Origin: a virus | Taxonomy: Duplodnaviria; Caudoviricetes | IMG/VR virus record: IMGVR_UViG_3300037350_000015 | Coordinates: 1 to 25,709 of that record | Direction: 5' to 3' (one strand) | DNA length: 25,709 nucleotides | Shown: one piece after another, positions 1 through 8,370 of the stretch | Position numbering within the stretch: the first letter of the stretch is position 1 | Layout of the letters: every line of letters begins with the position of its first letter | Notes under the pieces: model-generated | What the model saw: the letters and a program-made list of their open reading frames with translations, nothing else | Databases searched by the model: none | What the model was told of the DNA's origin: nothing | Position numbers and translations under genes: made by a program

Positions 1-1
1 C

Positions 2-160
2 GCCAAGCAACTGCTGCCCTCGGCCGCGCCCGCCTTCACCGGACCGCGCGGCGGCCTGAAGGACGGCCGAGCCGAGGCCTGCCTGATCGCCTTCTACGGA
101 TGCCTGAAGCTGCAACAGGTTCCGACCAAGCCACTATCGCTCGTGGAGTTCCCTGCGTGA
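2..160 (+). CDS. 3' end of a RuvC-like Holliday junction resolvase (partial, runs off the window)
   Basis: Frame from base 2 reads AKQLLPSAAPAFTGPRGGLKDGRAEACLIAFYG...EFPA*. KDGRAEAxLIA resembles the C-terminal catalytic helix of phage/MOC1-type RuvC-like resolvases. TGA overlaps the next GTG. Confidence 0.6.
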   Translation, partial: AKQLLPSAAPAFTGPRGGLKDGRAEACLIAFYGCLKLQQVPTKPLSLVEFPA

Positions 161-729
161 GTTCGCCGTTCAAGGTTGTTGCCCAGGCGATGCGTCGCGC
201 GCGGTCGGTTCCGCTTTCCCGCTACATCGCCCAGCGTCAGACGGGCTGGGCCGGTCCGCGTCAGCTTGGCGCGCGCGGCGCGATTATGATCCCCGAGGAC
301 ACTGAGTTCTCGATGACCGCCGATCACGTGGTCTACGAGGAACGTGAGCCCACCATCACGCCGCTCGGCATCCTGGACCATCGCGGCATGATGCTGCTGC
401 GGGTCACGGTCCCGATCAAGCAACCGATCGGCTTTCACCTGCCGCCCGGTCCGCGTCACGCCGACGAGGTCGAGACGATCCTGCCGGAGGACATGTTGGC
501 GGTCTCCGACATCGGTGTCGGCATCGGCTACCTCACGCCCGACGAGGTGGAAGACGATGACGAAGACGGCGAGGACCCCGACGCGGCGGCCTCGGCCGAA
601 ACCATCGAGAAGGTGATTCGAGCCGCCCTGGAAAAGACTGGCGGCGATCCGGCCGCCGCCAAGGCGCTCCTCGCCGATCTCGGCTTCGACGTGGAGTTCG
701 AAATTCGCAGCGCCGGGGCGGACAAGTGA
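157..729 (+). CDS. hypothetical protein with acidic C-terminal part (~190 aa)
   Basis: ORF 100..729. Likely start is GTG 157 (GTGA overlap with the upstream stop, GGAG upstream). Codon usage is GC3-rich. Confidence 0.75.
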   Translation: MSSPFKVVAQAMRRARSVPLSRYIAQRQTGWAGPRQLGARGAIMIPEDTEFSMTADHVVYEEREPTITPLGILDHRGMMLLRVTVPIKQPIGFHLPPGPRHADEVETILPEDMLAVSDIGVGIGYLTPDEVEDDDEDGEDPDAAASAETIEKVIRAALEKTGGDPAAAKALLADLGFDVEFEIRSAGADK

Positions 730-977
730 CGCCCGCCCAAAAGAAGGAAGCCGAACGTCTCCAAAAGGAGATCAAGACGCTCCAGGATCGAGAAGAACTG
801 ACGGCCGATACCTTCAAGTCCTTCCAATCCAGCGTCTTCAGCCTGATCGCCCAAGGAGCGTCAGGAGAACTGATCGAGGAAAACCGCGACAAGGCGACGT
901 TCTACTACGAAGCCTTCCTCGATCTCCACATCCACATTGGCAAGTTGTCACGTCAGCTTTCTGAACTGACCAAGTGA
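726..977 (+). CDS. hypothetical protein, 83 aa, coiled-coil-like
   Basis: GTGA overlap with the previous gene; ends 4 nt before terS. Confidence 0.8.
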   Translation: MTPAQKKEAERLQKEIKTLQDREELTADTFKSFQSSVFSLIAQGASGELIEENRDKATFYYEAFLDLHIHIGKLSRQLSELTK

Positions 978-981
978 AGAC

Positions 982-1626
982 ATGGCTCGACTGAGCAACG
1001 AACGCAACGAACTCTACGCCCGCCACCGCGCCAAGGGGATGATTCCCTCGAAGGCGGCGCTTGCCGCCGGCTACGCGCCCGGCTCCTCGACGACCCATCT
1101 GGAGCAGGACCCGGAGGTCGTCACCCGTATCAGCGAACTGATGGACGAACAGAAGGCGCACCGCGAGGCCCAGCGCGCCGCCGCCATCGAAGCCGCCAAG
1201 GTCGTCGGCCAACTCACCGGCGTGACGCGCTCGTGGGTGATCCAGAAGCTGGCCGAGAACGCGCAGATGGCTGCCCAGGACGGCCAGTGGAAGGAGTCCA
1301 ACGCCGCCCTCGAATTGATCGGCAAGGACTTCGGCATGTTCGCCGGCGGCTCCTCCGATGAAGACCCCGGCGCCGTGCCGGACACCTTCGACATGGACAA
1401 GCTCGGCGCGATGCTGGACTCCGCGCACAACGCGCTGCCCAAGCCCGAGCAGACCGACGAGAGCAAGATTTTCGCGCCCGACATGGCGCTGACCTTGATC
1501 GAAGGACAGGTCGCCAAGCCGCGTCTGTCCACCGAACGGGAGTTGACCACCGGCTCGGAAACCGACGTCGCCCTCACCGTCTACGGCATGCCCGACGAGG
1601 AAGACGACGACGAGGCGGACGACTAA
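982..1626 (+). CDS. terS: terminase small subunit
   Basis: N-terminal HTH-like segment ELYARHRAKGMIPSKAALAAGY (AAxxAGY is typical of TerS), ALELIGK oligomerisation-type segment, and it abuts terL directly. Confidence 0.75.
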   Translation: MARLSNERNELYARHRAKGMIPSKAALAAGYAPGSSTTHLEQDPEVVTRISELMDEQKAHREAQRAAAIEAAKVVGQLTGVTRSWVIQKLAENAQMAAQDGQWKESNAALELIGKDFGMFAGGSSDEDPGAVPDTFDMDKLGAMLDSAHNALPKPEQTDESKIFAPDMALTLIEGQVAKPRLSTERELTTGSETDVALTVYGMPDEEDDDEADD

Positions 1627-4374
1627 ATGGTCTACCTCCACGACGACCGCGCGCGCGCTCGAAGCGCGGTTTCGCGCCTGACCAATCTCGCCACCGAAGC
1701 CAAGCGGGCCGCCGAGCGCGGGCTGCTGCTGCCCGATGTGACCGAGGCTGCGATCGTCCAATTGACGCAGACCACCGAGCGCTCGCGTCAGGTCGATGCG
1801 CTGTCGATGCTCGCCGACCGGCTGCAAAAGCAGCACCTGGATAAGCTGCTGCCGCTGGCCGCGAACGAGTTCAACGCCTTCTGCGAGTACGTCAATCCCG
1901 ACGAAGCGCCGGCCTCGGCGTGGCACCTGTGGCTGACCGAGAAGCTGCAACAGATCGAGTTCGATCCCGAGCTTGACCGCTTTATCCTGAACTGCCCGCC
2001 GGGTCACGCCAAGCCACTGCACGTCGACACCCCCGTGCTGATGGCGAACGGCACCTGGAAGCGGCTAGGCGATATCGTGGTCGGCGACAAGGTGCTCTCC
2101 GACATCGGCTGCGCGCGCGATGTCGAGGCGGTTCATGCCCAAGGCGTGCTGCCGCTCCTGAAGATCACCACCGTCAAGGGCCGCGTCGTCTACTCGGCGC
2201 CCGACCACCCTTTCCACGTGATCAAGGGGCAGAACAACTACTCCTGGACGCTCGCCTCGAACCTGCGGCCGGGCGACGAACTGCGCATTACCGGTCGGCC
2301 GCACAACATCGACAAGCAGATCGACCGCTCCAACCGCAGCGAGGACGAATTCACGCTGGCGGCCTTCTATGCCGCGTTCGGCGGATACACCCGCAGTCAC
2401 CGCAAGACCTCGGCCGGCAACCTGACCGGCAACCACAATTTCCAAATGTGGTTCGCCGATCTCGGTCACGCCGACACCATCAAGCCGGTGCTGGATCGCC
2501 TCGGCATCCGCTACGCCAGCCGCTGGGTCGAGGCCAACGGCCGGCATCTGCTGCGCCTGCGCTCGAAGGACGCGCGGACCTATCACGACATCCTGTGCCT
2601 GGATCAGCGCGCGGCCGAGCGGCGCATCCCGGATTGGGTGTTCAAGGGCTCGGACGCCAAGGTCAAGCACTACCTGTCGACCTTCCTCAAGCTGCGTGGC
2701 GACACCCCCAACCACTACACGTCTGCGACCCTGGTCTGCCATCTGCTGAGCGAAGGCTACGTCCGCGATCTCCAGCGACTGTTCGCCCGCTTCGGCGTGG
2801 ACGCCGAGACCGTCATGCCCACGACGCCCACCGGCATGTTCACGCTGAAGATCGCCGGCGGCGCGATCGAGACCCTGCTGGAGCAGGGGATCAAGTTCAT
2901 CGGCTGGCCGTATCCGGAGTTCGCCAAGAAGCGGCTGAAGTTCGGCACCGACGTCACCGACGCGGTTGCGACCATCGAGCCGGCGGGCGAAGGCGAGTGC
3001 AAGTGCCTGACGGTCAAGTCCTGCCAGACCTTCCTTGCCGACGGCATCGTGGTCCACAACTCCACCTACGCCTCGCGCCTGTTCGTCGCCTGGAGGCTCG
3101 GCCGCAACCCCGATCTGAAGATCATTGGCGGCGGCCACTCTCAGCGGTTCGTCGAAAACGAGTTCTCCTCGAAGATCAGGAACCTTGTCGGCTCGCCCGA
3201 CTACAAGCGCGTGTTCCCCGAAGTCCTGGTCGACTACGCGACCCGAGCCAAGGACCAATGGGCGATCGCCGGCAAGAACGGCTTCTACGCCGCCAAGGGC
3301 GTCGGTCAGGCCGTCCACGGTTTCCGCGCCAACTTCGTCTGCGTCGACGACCCCTACGCGAAGATCGAGGAAGCCGAATCCGCCGTCCAGCGGGAGAAGG
3401 TCAACACGTGGTTCGTCGGCGACCTCGGGTCCCGGATGCTGCCGTTCGGGAAGATGTTCCTGATCATGACGCGGTTCCACGAGGAAGACCTGACCGGCTA
3501 CCTCATGGAGATGAACAAGCGCCTGCCGGCCTATGCCCGCTGGCACCAGACCGAAGCGCCGGCGCTGTGCATCGATCCCGAAACCGACGTGCTCGGGCGC
3601 AAGCTCGGCGAGGTGCTGTGGGACTACTACGATCTCGCCTACTTCGTCGCCAAGAAGACCGAGTGGAGCTTCCAGCGCTTCAGCTTGGTCTACCAACAGA
3701 ACGCCGCCGCGACCTCCGAGGACAACGTCTCCGGGCAGTTCAAGTTCTACCACACCCTGCCGCACCTCACCGAGGAAGCGCTGAAGGCCGCGCGCGAAGC
3801 CGGACAGATCGACGAAGCCGGCCGCGTGCAGCCCAACCGCCGCGCCTACTTCCGCCGGATCGTGCTGTCGGTCGACTGCGCCGCGAAGGTCAACCAGCGG
3901 GCCGACTATACGGTCGTGCAGACGTGGGGCGAGACCCACGACCGCAAGCACTACCTGCTGCGCCAGACCCGCGTGAAGGTCGAGTTCGACAAGATGATCG
4001 AGGTCATCGAGAAGCAGGCGATCAAGGACAAGGTCGACACCATCCTGGTGGAAGACAAGGGCCAAGGCACCGCCTACATCCAGAACCGTGGGACCACCAA
4101 CGCCCACCGTCGGCTCGCGCCCGCACCGATCATCGGCATCGACCCGAAGGGTCAGTCGAAGGAGTTCCGCTTTGACGAAGTGACCCCACTGATCACCGCC
4201 GGCGAGGTCTATCTGCCGGAGAAGGCGGAGTGGATCGACGCCCTGATCAAGGAAGTCGGACAGTTCCCCGATGGCGCCCACGACGACCAAGTCGACGCCA
4301 TGACGCAGTACCTCCAGTGGGCCAAGTCCACCCGCACCCGCTTCGGCACCAAGAAGATCAGTTCGATGGGCTAA
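1627..4374 (+). CDS. terL: terminase large subunit with intein (915-aa precursor, ~566 aa after splicing)
   Basis: Walker A PPGHAK|S split by the intein, Walker B VCVDDP, coupling motif IMTRFH, RNase H-like nuclease acidic motifs SVDCA, VEDKGQG and HDDQVDAMTQ. Confidence 0.95.
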   Translation: MVYLHDDRARARSAVSRLTNLATEAKRAAERGLLLPDVTEAAIVQLTQTTERSRQVDALSMLADRLQKQHLDKLLPLAANEFNAFCEYVNPDEAPASAWHLWLTEKLQQIEFDPELDRFILNCPPGHAKPLHVDTPVLMANGTWKRLGDIVVGDKVLSDIGCARDVEAVHAQGVLPLLKITTVKGRVVYSAPDHPFHVIKGQNNYSWTLASNLRPGDELRITGRPHNIDKQIDRSNRSEDEFTLAAFYAAFGGYTRSHRKTSAGNLTGNHNFQMWFADLGHADTIKPVLDRLGIRYASRWVEANGRHLLRLRSKDARTYHDILCLDQRAAERRIPDWVFKGSDAKVKHYLSTFLKLRGDTPNHYTSATLVCHLLSEGYVRDLQRLFARFGVDAETVMPTTPTGMFTLKIAGGAIETLLEQGIKFIGWPYPEFAKKRLKFGTDVTDAVATIEPAGEGECKCLTVKSCQTFLADGIVVHNSTYASRLFVAWRLGRNPDLKIIGGGHSQRFVENEFSSKIRNLVGSPDYKRVFPEVLVDYATRAKDQWAIAGKNGFYAAKGVGQAVHGFRANFVCVDDPYAKIEEAESAVQREKVNTWFVGDLGSRMLPFGKMFLIMTRFHEEDLTGYLMEMNKRLPAYARWHQTEAPALCIDPETDVLGRKLGEVLWDYYDLAYFVAKKTEWSFQRFSLVYQQNAAATSEDNVSGQFKFYHTLPHLTEEALKAAREAGQIDEAGRVQPNRRAYFRRIVLSVDCAAKVNQRADYTVVQTWGETHDRKHYLLRQTRVKVEFDKMIEVIEKQAIKDKVDTILVEDKGQGTAYIQNRGTTNAHRRLAPAPIIGIDPKGQSKEFRFDEVTPLITAGEVYLPEKAEWIDALIKEVGQFPDGAHDDQVDAMTQYLQWAKSTRTRFGTKKISSMG
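2014..3060 (+). mobile_element. intein (349 aa) in the TerL P-loop, with a degenerate LAGLIDADG-type endonuclease region; class-3-like
   Basis: Begins PLHVDTPVLMANGTWKRLGDIVVGD (block A), has SAPDHPF (block B), and ends CKCLTVKSCQTFLADGIVVHN followed by Ser+1. Removing it restores PPGHAKSTYAS. Confidence 0.92.
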
Positions 4375-4711
4375 CGCGAACCGCGTTACGCGGCTGCGTC
4401 ACCGCGCCCCATACCCTGAGTAAGGGTATTCTATAAGAGATTCGATATGGAAAATTGGGGCGGGCGCCAGCGCTGGCGAGCGAATCGCGTCATGATGCGT
4501 TGTCCGGCGAGTGTTGCCAGACGCATCGGCTCAGGCCTTGACTCGACTTGCGAGAGTCAGAGCCTACGAGCAGTGGTAAGGTTAACGGCGGCTGCCACAA
4601 GACCTGGAACGTGTCAACCCACTTTCGCATTTTGCACCTCCGGCGCCATTAACCTTAACGCCGGCGACCGCCGTTCGTTAACCTTAATTTGTAGGCTTAA
4701 CAGCCGCCGCC

Positions 4712-4885
4712 GGGACCCGCGCGGATTAACCTTGACGGCCGCTCGGGACCCAACCGGATTCATCTTAAGGACCCTCCGGAATTCACCGGGGACCCACTCC
4801 GATTTCATGACGGGGTCCCTGCCGAATTCAAATCGGGGACCCAATCGAATTCACCCGCCAAAGGCTCGGGACCCTTCAAAATTCA
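4712..4885 (+). repeat. array of 7 iteron-like 18-bp repeats GGGACCC-N4-GRATTCA
   Basis: Copies start at 4712, 4745, 4768, 4789, 4813, 4836 and 4868. Some have 1-2 mismatches; copy 4 has N5. Confidence 0.9.
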
Positions 4886-4904
4886 TGAGCCGATCGGCCG
4901 GGAA

Positions 4905-5126
4905 ATGAGTCGACCAGACCTCGTCGACCTCGTCTGGCTGATGTGGCTGCTGCTTGCGATCACCGTCCTGGCGCGCACGGCCGCGCGGCTGCGCAACCAC
5001 CTCAGGCGCCGCAGATACGTCCGCCAGATCACCCAAAAGCGCGCCCAGGAGGCTGAATCGGCCTGCTCAGGCGAGCGCGCGACACCCGAGCGCACACCCG
5101 CCCAGCGCCCGCGTCGGCGCGGCTGA
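4905..5126 (+). CDS. possible small membrane protein (N-terminal hydrophobic helix, Arg-rich tail)
   Basis: ORF 73 aa, LVWLMWLLLAITVLA followed by a basic stretch; weak RBS. Confidence 0.4.
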   Translation: MSRPDLVDLVWLMWLLLAITVLARTAARLRNHLRRRRYVRQITQKRAQEAESACSGERATPERTPAQRPRRRG

Positions 5127-5213
5127 CCACCCCACCGCAACGCCCGCCTGGACAGCCTCGGCCGCGTCCCCGCCGGCGTGCCTGATCCGCCCGCGCCGTG
5201 CCGGCTGATGACT

Positions 5214-5241
5214 GAGTCACAGTTCAGCGCTAAAGTGACTC
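5214..5241. repeat. 28-bp dyad GAGTCA-N16-TGACTC (copy 1)
   Basis: GAGTCACAGTTCAGCGCTAAAGTGACTC; its reverse complement closely matches 12598-12625. Confidence 0.85.
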
Positions 5242-5271
5242 CAGAAATTGGGGCATGATTTTCTACATATA

Positions 5272-5284
5272 AATCAATGGCTTA
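5272..5284 (+). promoter_or_regulatory. IHF consensus site
   Basis: AATCAATGGCTTA matches WATCAANNNNTTR, with an AT-rich tract immediately upstream. Confidence 0.5.
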
Positions 5285-5496
5285 TGCCTGATCCAGGCCC
5301 GTCTCGACGGCGCTCGCCTCCCAGGCGCAAATGGCAGCATGGGTAAATTATGCCCATGACCACCCCATATGCGCCTGATTTGGGGCATGATTTTACACGC
5401 TCCCGTCCAGGCCGGCGATCGATCTGTGTGGGGTTTGATCCCGCCCAGGCACAAAACCGCATACAGGTCAACCCTTCGCTTGTTGCGAACGATTCT

Positions 5497-5524
5497 GAGT
5501 CAGAGTCTGGCTGTAGAGTGACTC
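5497..5524. repeat. 28-bp dyad GAGTCA-N16-TGACTC (copy 2)
   Basis: GAGTCAGAGTCTGGCTGTAGAGTGACTC. Confidence 0.8.
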
Positions 5525-5764
5525 AAGTCATGAAAGACGCGGGGTCTTGTGTGGCGTCGCGGCCACAGGCGCCTCGGGCGCCGGCGCGGATCGTGAGGGG
5601 CTGCTGGGTGGCTGGCGGTCTTACCGAGCGGGAAGATTACGGCCTACTTGGGGGAGATCGAGGGGCAATCTTCCCGCTCGGGATGCTTGACCTCCCAGGC
5701 GCTCAACCCTGGTCGACGCCCGCCGTTCCCGAGTCGTGGGCTCACTTAGCCGTGACCTCCCCAC

Positions 5765-5902
5765 GAGTCGCAGGATCATTTCGCCCGGCGCGCGATCGCC
5801 GAGTCGCCGGAGCATTTCCCCTGGCTGGCGGATGACGAATCGCGGGAGCATTTCGCCCGGCGCGCGTTCAACGAATCGCGGGAGCATTTCGAATCGCCGG
5901 AG
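5765..5902 (+). repeat. 36-bp-period tandem repeat with core GARTCGCVGGAKCATTTC (4 copies plus a partial)
   Basis: Cores start at 5765, 5801, 5837 and 5873, partial at 5891; each starts with a GANTC site. Confidence 0.9.
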
Positions 5903-5913
5903 CCCTGGCGCGA

Positions 5914-6080
5914 TTAAGGTAAACGAGGCCTGTTAACCACGTTTGGTAAGGTTAACCGTTAAGGTTAATGGGCCGTTAACCCTACCCGTTAAGGTTAACG
6001 CCCGCCGGCCATACCGTTAAGGTTAATAGTAGGGCCGGGTCCGTTAAGGTTAACGCCACCCGCCCGCACGTTAAGGTTAA
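5914..6080. promoter_or_regulatory. cluster of TTAA boxes: 5 exact CGTTAAGGTTAA copies plus a perfect CtrA consensus TTAA-N7-TTAAC at 5965-5980
   Basis: CGTTAAGGTTAA at 5957, 5987, 6015, 6042 and 6069; degenerate copies at 5914 and 5946. Confidence 0.85.
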
Positions 6081-6131
6081 TGAATACTGGCGCGCGGTCA
6101 AGGCCGGATCGCTCCGGCCTCGCCGCGTCTG

Positions 6132-6338
6132 CTATCGGCGCGCTCGCGCCGCGTTGCAAGCCTCTTGATACTTGGGCCAGTTCCGTAGGACCACGCCCGC
6201 CGCCTCGCGGCGTTCGTTTTCCTCCGCCGTGTTCGCCCAAGCGTGGAGGCCTAGAGCCTTGTGCATCTCCCGCAGGTCGCCGTCTCGGCGCCGGTTGATG
6301 CCGAGGATTTCCACGGCGCGTTGCATGGTCATGGCCAT
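6132..6338 (-). CDS. hypothetical protein, 68 aa (the only reverse-strand gene of the array)
   Basis: AAGGAG RBS and its own array promoter on the minus strand. Confidence 0.8.
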   Translation of the reverse strand: MAMTMQRAVEILGINRRRDGDLREMHKALGLHAWANTAEENERREAAGVVLRNWPKYQEACNAARARR

Positions 6339-6362
6339 GACGGACTCCTTTGTTCGACGCTC

Positions 6363-6394
6363 ACCCTAGCGGCAATTCCTTAACAACAGGTAAA
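6363..6394 (-). promoter_or_regulatory. array promoter P0 (CtrA-type box plus -10)
   Basis: Minus strand TTTA-CCTGTTG-TTAA-GGAATTGCCGC-TAGGGT. Confidence 0.8.
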
Positions 6395-6411
6395 CGAAAA
6401 TCGACGCGGCG

Positions 6412-6443
6412 TTTACACTTTGTTAAGGAATGGGTGCGATGCT
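6412..6443 (+). promoter_or_regulatory. array promoter P1
   Basis: TTTA-CACTTTG-TTAA-GGAATGGGTGC-GATGCT. Confidence 0.8.
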
Positions 6444-6470
6444 GTCGGCTCGCAATGAAGGGAAAGACCC

Positions 6471-6800
6471 ATGCGCCAATATGTGACCGGGGACAACGCG
6501 CCCGGCTATCTGCCCGAAGGTGAGCCGCGCGGCCCCTGGAACGGCTGGGAGGACGCCGTGCGCGACCTCGCGAGCCTGATCGAAGAGGACGCCGAAAACC
6601 GCCTCGACGACGCCGAAGCCATGTATGAGCCGGGCGACGAACGCGGCGAGGCGCAAAGCTTCATCCGCGCGGAACTCGCGAGCGCCCAAACCTACGGGAT
6701 CGAAGAGCTTCGCGGCCATGAAGACCCGCGCGGCGCCGACGTCATGTTCATGGGCCGCGCGTTCTACATCCGCCCGGCGGAGGCCGGCGCCGATGATTGA
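6471..6800 (+). CDS. acidic hypothetical protein, 109 aa
   Basis: Follows P1, GAAGGG RBS. Confidence 0.85.
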   Translation: MRQYVTGDNAPGYLPEGEPRGPWNGWEDAVRDLASLIEEDAENRLDDAEAMYEPGDERGEAQSFIRAELASAQTYGIEELRGHEDPRGADVMFMGRAFYIRPAEAGADD

Positions 6801-6861
6801 GAAGGCGTTGCACGCTCTGCCGCTCGCCTTCCTCGTGTTCCTGCTGTGGCTGCTCGCATGA
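6793..6861 (+). CDS. 22-aa hydrophobic peptide MIEKALHALPLAFLVFLLWLLA
   Basis: GGAGG RBS; overlaps the upstream stop, and its own TGA overlaps the next ATG (translational coupling). Confidence 0.6.
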   Translation: MIEKALHALPLAFLVFLLWLLA

Positions 6862-7160
6862 CCGCGCAAGCCGCCATCTCAGAACGCGGCGCCGCCTGGG
6901 TCGCATCGATCGAACGCGGCGTAGGGCAGGCGCTGGAGAAGGCCGCCGCCAAGCGCCCGAGCGTGATCGAGCGCGACGCGGCGCCCTACCTGCGCACGTT
7001 CGGCGACCAAGCCCGCAAGTTCGCCGCGCTGGCGCTGGCGTGCGAGGCCGCCGGGCGCCACGCCGAGGCGAAGACCTGGGCGCGCCATGCCGAGCGCGCC
7101 GCGACCAACCTAGCCCGGATCGAGTCGGCGGTCGCCTCGACCCTGTTAAGGATCGCTTAA
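6858..7160 (+). CDS. Ala-rich hypothetical protein, 100 aa
   Basis: ATGA-coupled start at 6858 within ORF 6846..7160. Confidence 0.75.
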   Translation: MTAQAAISERGAAWVASIERGVGQALEKAAAKRPSVIERDAAPYLRTFGDQARKFAALALACEAAGRHAEAKTWARHAERAATNLARIESAVASTLLRIA

Positions 7161-7242
7161 CCATGGCGCACGTTGACGTTGCATTAACCTTAACCGCCCG
7201 TTAAGGTTAACCGCAGTCCGGCCGGCGTTAACCATGTGCCCG

Positions 7243-7274
7243 TTTACGTTTTGTTAAGGAATGGGCGCTAAGGT
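7243..7274 (+). promoter_or_regulatory. array promoter P2
   Basis: TTTA-CGTTTTG-TTAA-GGAATGGGCGC-TAAGGT, preceded by TTAACCTTAA-N7-TTAAGGTTAA (7184-7210) and TTAACCAT (7228). Confidence 0.8.
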
Positions 7275-7305
7275 GGCGTCGAATTCGAAACAGGAGCCGC
7301 GAGCC

Positions 7306-7575
7306 ATGACCCAAGACAAGCCCAAATTCCGGCCGCAAACCGTATGGGAAACCCGCGCCGCGCAGGTCGATTTGATCGGGCGCAGTGTGGAGGTTCCCGG
7401 CGCCCAAGGCTTCGGCACGCCCGGCGGCGGCTTCGGCGACATCATCGCCTTTCGCCGCACGAACCACGGGCCGCAAGTGAAGGTCCGGCGGCTGTACGGC
7501 CAAGGCGAGGAAATCCATTTCCTCGACAAGCTCCGCGCGTCGCGCCTTCCTGAGGCGACCGCCGAACAATTCTGA
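7306..7575 (+). CDS. hypothetical protein, 89 aa
   Basis: AGGAG RBS before ATG 7306. Confidence 0.8.
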   Translation: MTQDKPKFRPQTVWETRAAQVDLIGRSVEVPGAQGFGTPGGGFGDIIAFRRTNHGPQVKVRRLYGQGEEIHFLDKLRASRLPEATAEQF

Positions 7576-7579
7576 ACCG

Positions 7580-7611
7580 TTTACACTTTGTTAAGGAACT
7601 GCCTGTAAGGT
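7580..7611 (+). promoter_or_regulatory. array promoter P3
   Basis: TTTA-CACTTTG-TTAA-GGAACTGCCTG-TAAGGT. Confidence 0.75.
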
Positions 7612-7686
7612 GACGCCATGACCCATCCCGCCCAACGCATCGCCGGCTTGTCGGCGCCGCCCTACGCCCGAAAGGAAGCCAAGCCC

Positions 7687-8103
7687 ATGGCGAAGCCCGC
7701 CAAACCGATTCAGGTCCCCCGCGCTATGTCCTTCAGCCGGGGCGACGCCGAAACCGCCCTCGTGCTGCTGGAGGAGTCCGACGCGGGCGGGCGGTTCATC
7801 GACGCCCTTGACGTGGCGCACGCGCTGGCGATCTGCGCCCGCAACATCAAGCGCGAGTGTGAGGCCGCCTGTAACGGCTTCTCCGATGGTCGCGGCAACT
7901 GGTCCGAAGCTCTGGAGCAAGAGAGCGCCAAGCGCGAAGAGCGCGCCAAGGCCCGCGCGCTCGCGCTGCTGGATCAGAATTTCCCCGGCATCAGCCTGAG
8001 CATGGGCGGCGATCCGCGCGGCTCTTGCTTCTACATCAAGACCCCGAAGAGCGGGAAGCATAACACTTGGGGCGGCGCCGAGTCCGGCTGGTCGGTCGGC
8101 TAG
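7687..8103 (+). CDS. hypothetical protein (GGDPRG...NTWGG motif); alternative leaderless start at 7618
   Basis: ORF 7618..8103; AAGGAAG upstream of ATG 7687. Confidence 0.8.
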   Translation: MAKPAKPIQVPRAMSFSRGDAETALVLLEESDAGGRFIDALDVAHALAICARNIKRECEAACNGFSDGRGNWSEALEQESAKREERAKARALALLDQNFPGISLSMGGDPRGSCFYIKTPKSGKHNTWGGAESGWSVG

Positions 8104-8111
8104 CTGGAGCG

Positions 8112-8144
8112 AGGCCGGCGGGGCTCAAGCCCCGCCGGCCTTTT
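8112..8144 (+). terminator. intrinsic terminator
   Basis: AGGCCGGCGGGGCT-CA-AGCCCCGCCGGCCT followed by a T tract. Confidence 0.85.
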
Positions 8145-8304
8145 CACGTTAGAGTGGCGTTAACCTTAATCGCCCGTTAAGGTTAACAGAACCTTGCCGC
8201 AGAAAGTGGCGCCGGCGGGGTTTCTCCGGCGCCGGTCGGTTAAGGTTAACGCCCGGCCGCGATCGGTTAACCATGTTCCGCGCGGCCTGGATTTCGACGG
8301 CGCG

Positions 8305-8336
8305 TTTACGTTTTGTTAAGGAATGGTCGCTAGGGT
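8305..8336 (+). promoter_or_regulatory. array promoter P4
   Basis: TTTA-CGTTTTG-TTAA-GGAATGGTCGC-TAGGGT; upstream boxes at 8160-8186, 8240 and 8267. Confidence 0.8.
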
Positions 8337-8370
8337 GGTGGCTCGATCAACCCCGCCCAAGGAGTCCCCT

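Noticed and set aside
838-4290. Long reverse-strand and alternate-frame ORFs (838..2022, 2065..4290, 2448..4175)
   Set aside because: Shadow ORFs of high-GC terS/terL coding sequence, with no motifs or RBS.
5765-5902. Mini CRISPR array
   Set aside because: The 18-bp cores and 18-bp spacers are too short, spacers 1 and 3 are nearly the same, and there are no cas genes. It is a tandem repeat.
4447-6298. ORFs across the control region (4447..4908, 5350..5835, 5621..5887, 5995..6240)
   Set aside because: They translate DNA repeats (e.g. repeated GEMLPRF, INLN) and lack codon bias and RBS.
6411-6443. TTTAC(A/G) as a standard sigma70 -35 hexamer
   Set aside because: It would lie 20 bp from the -10, which is too far, and it is GTAAC or TTAAC in about half of the copies. 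It fits better as a CtrA-type half-site.
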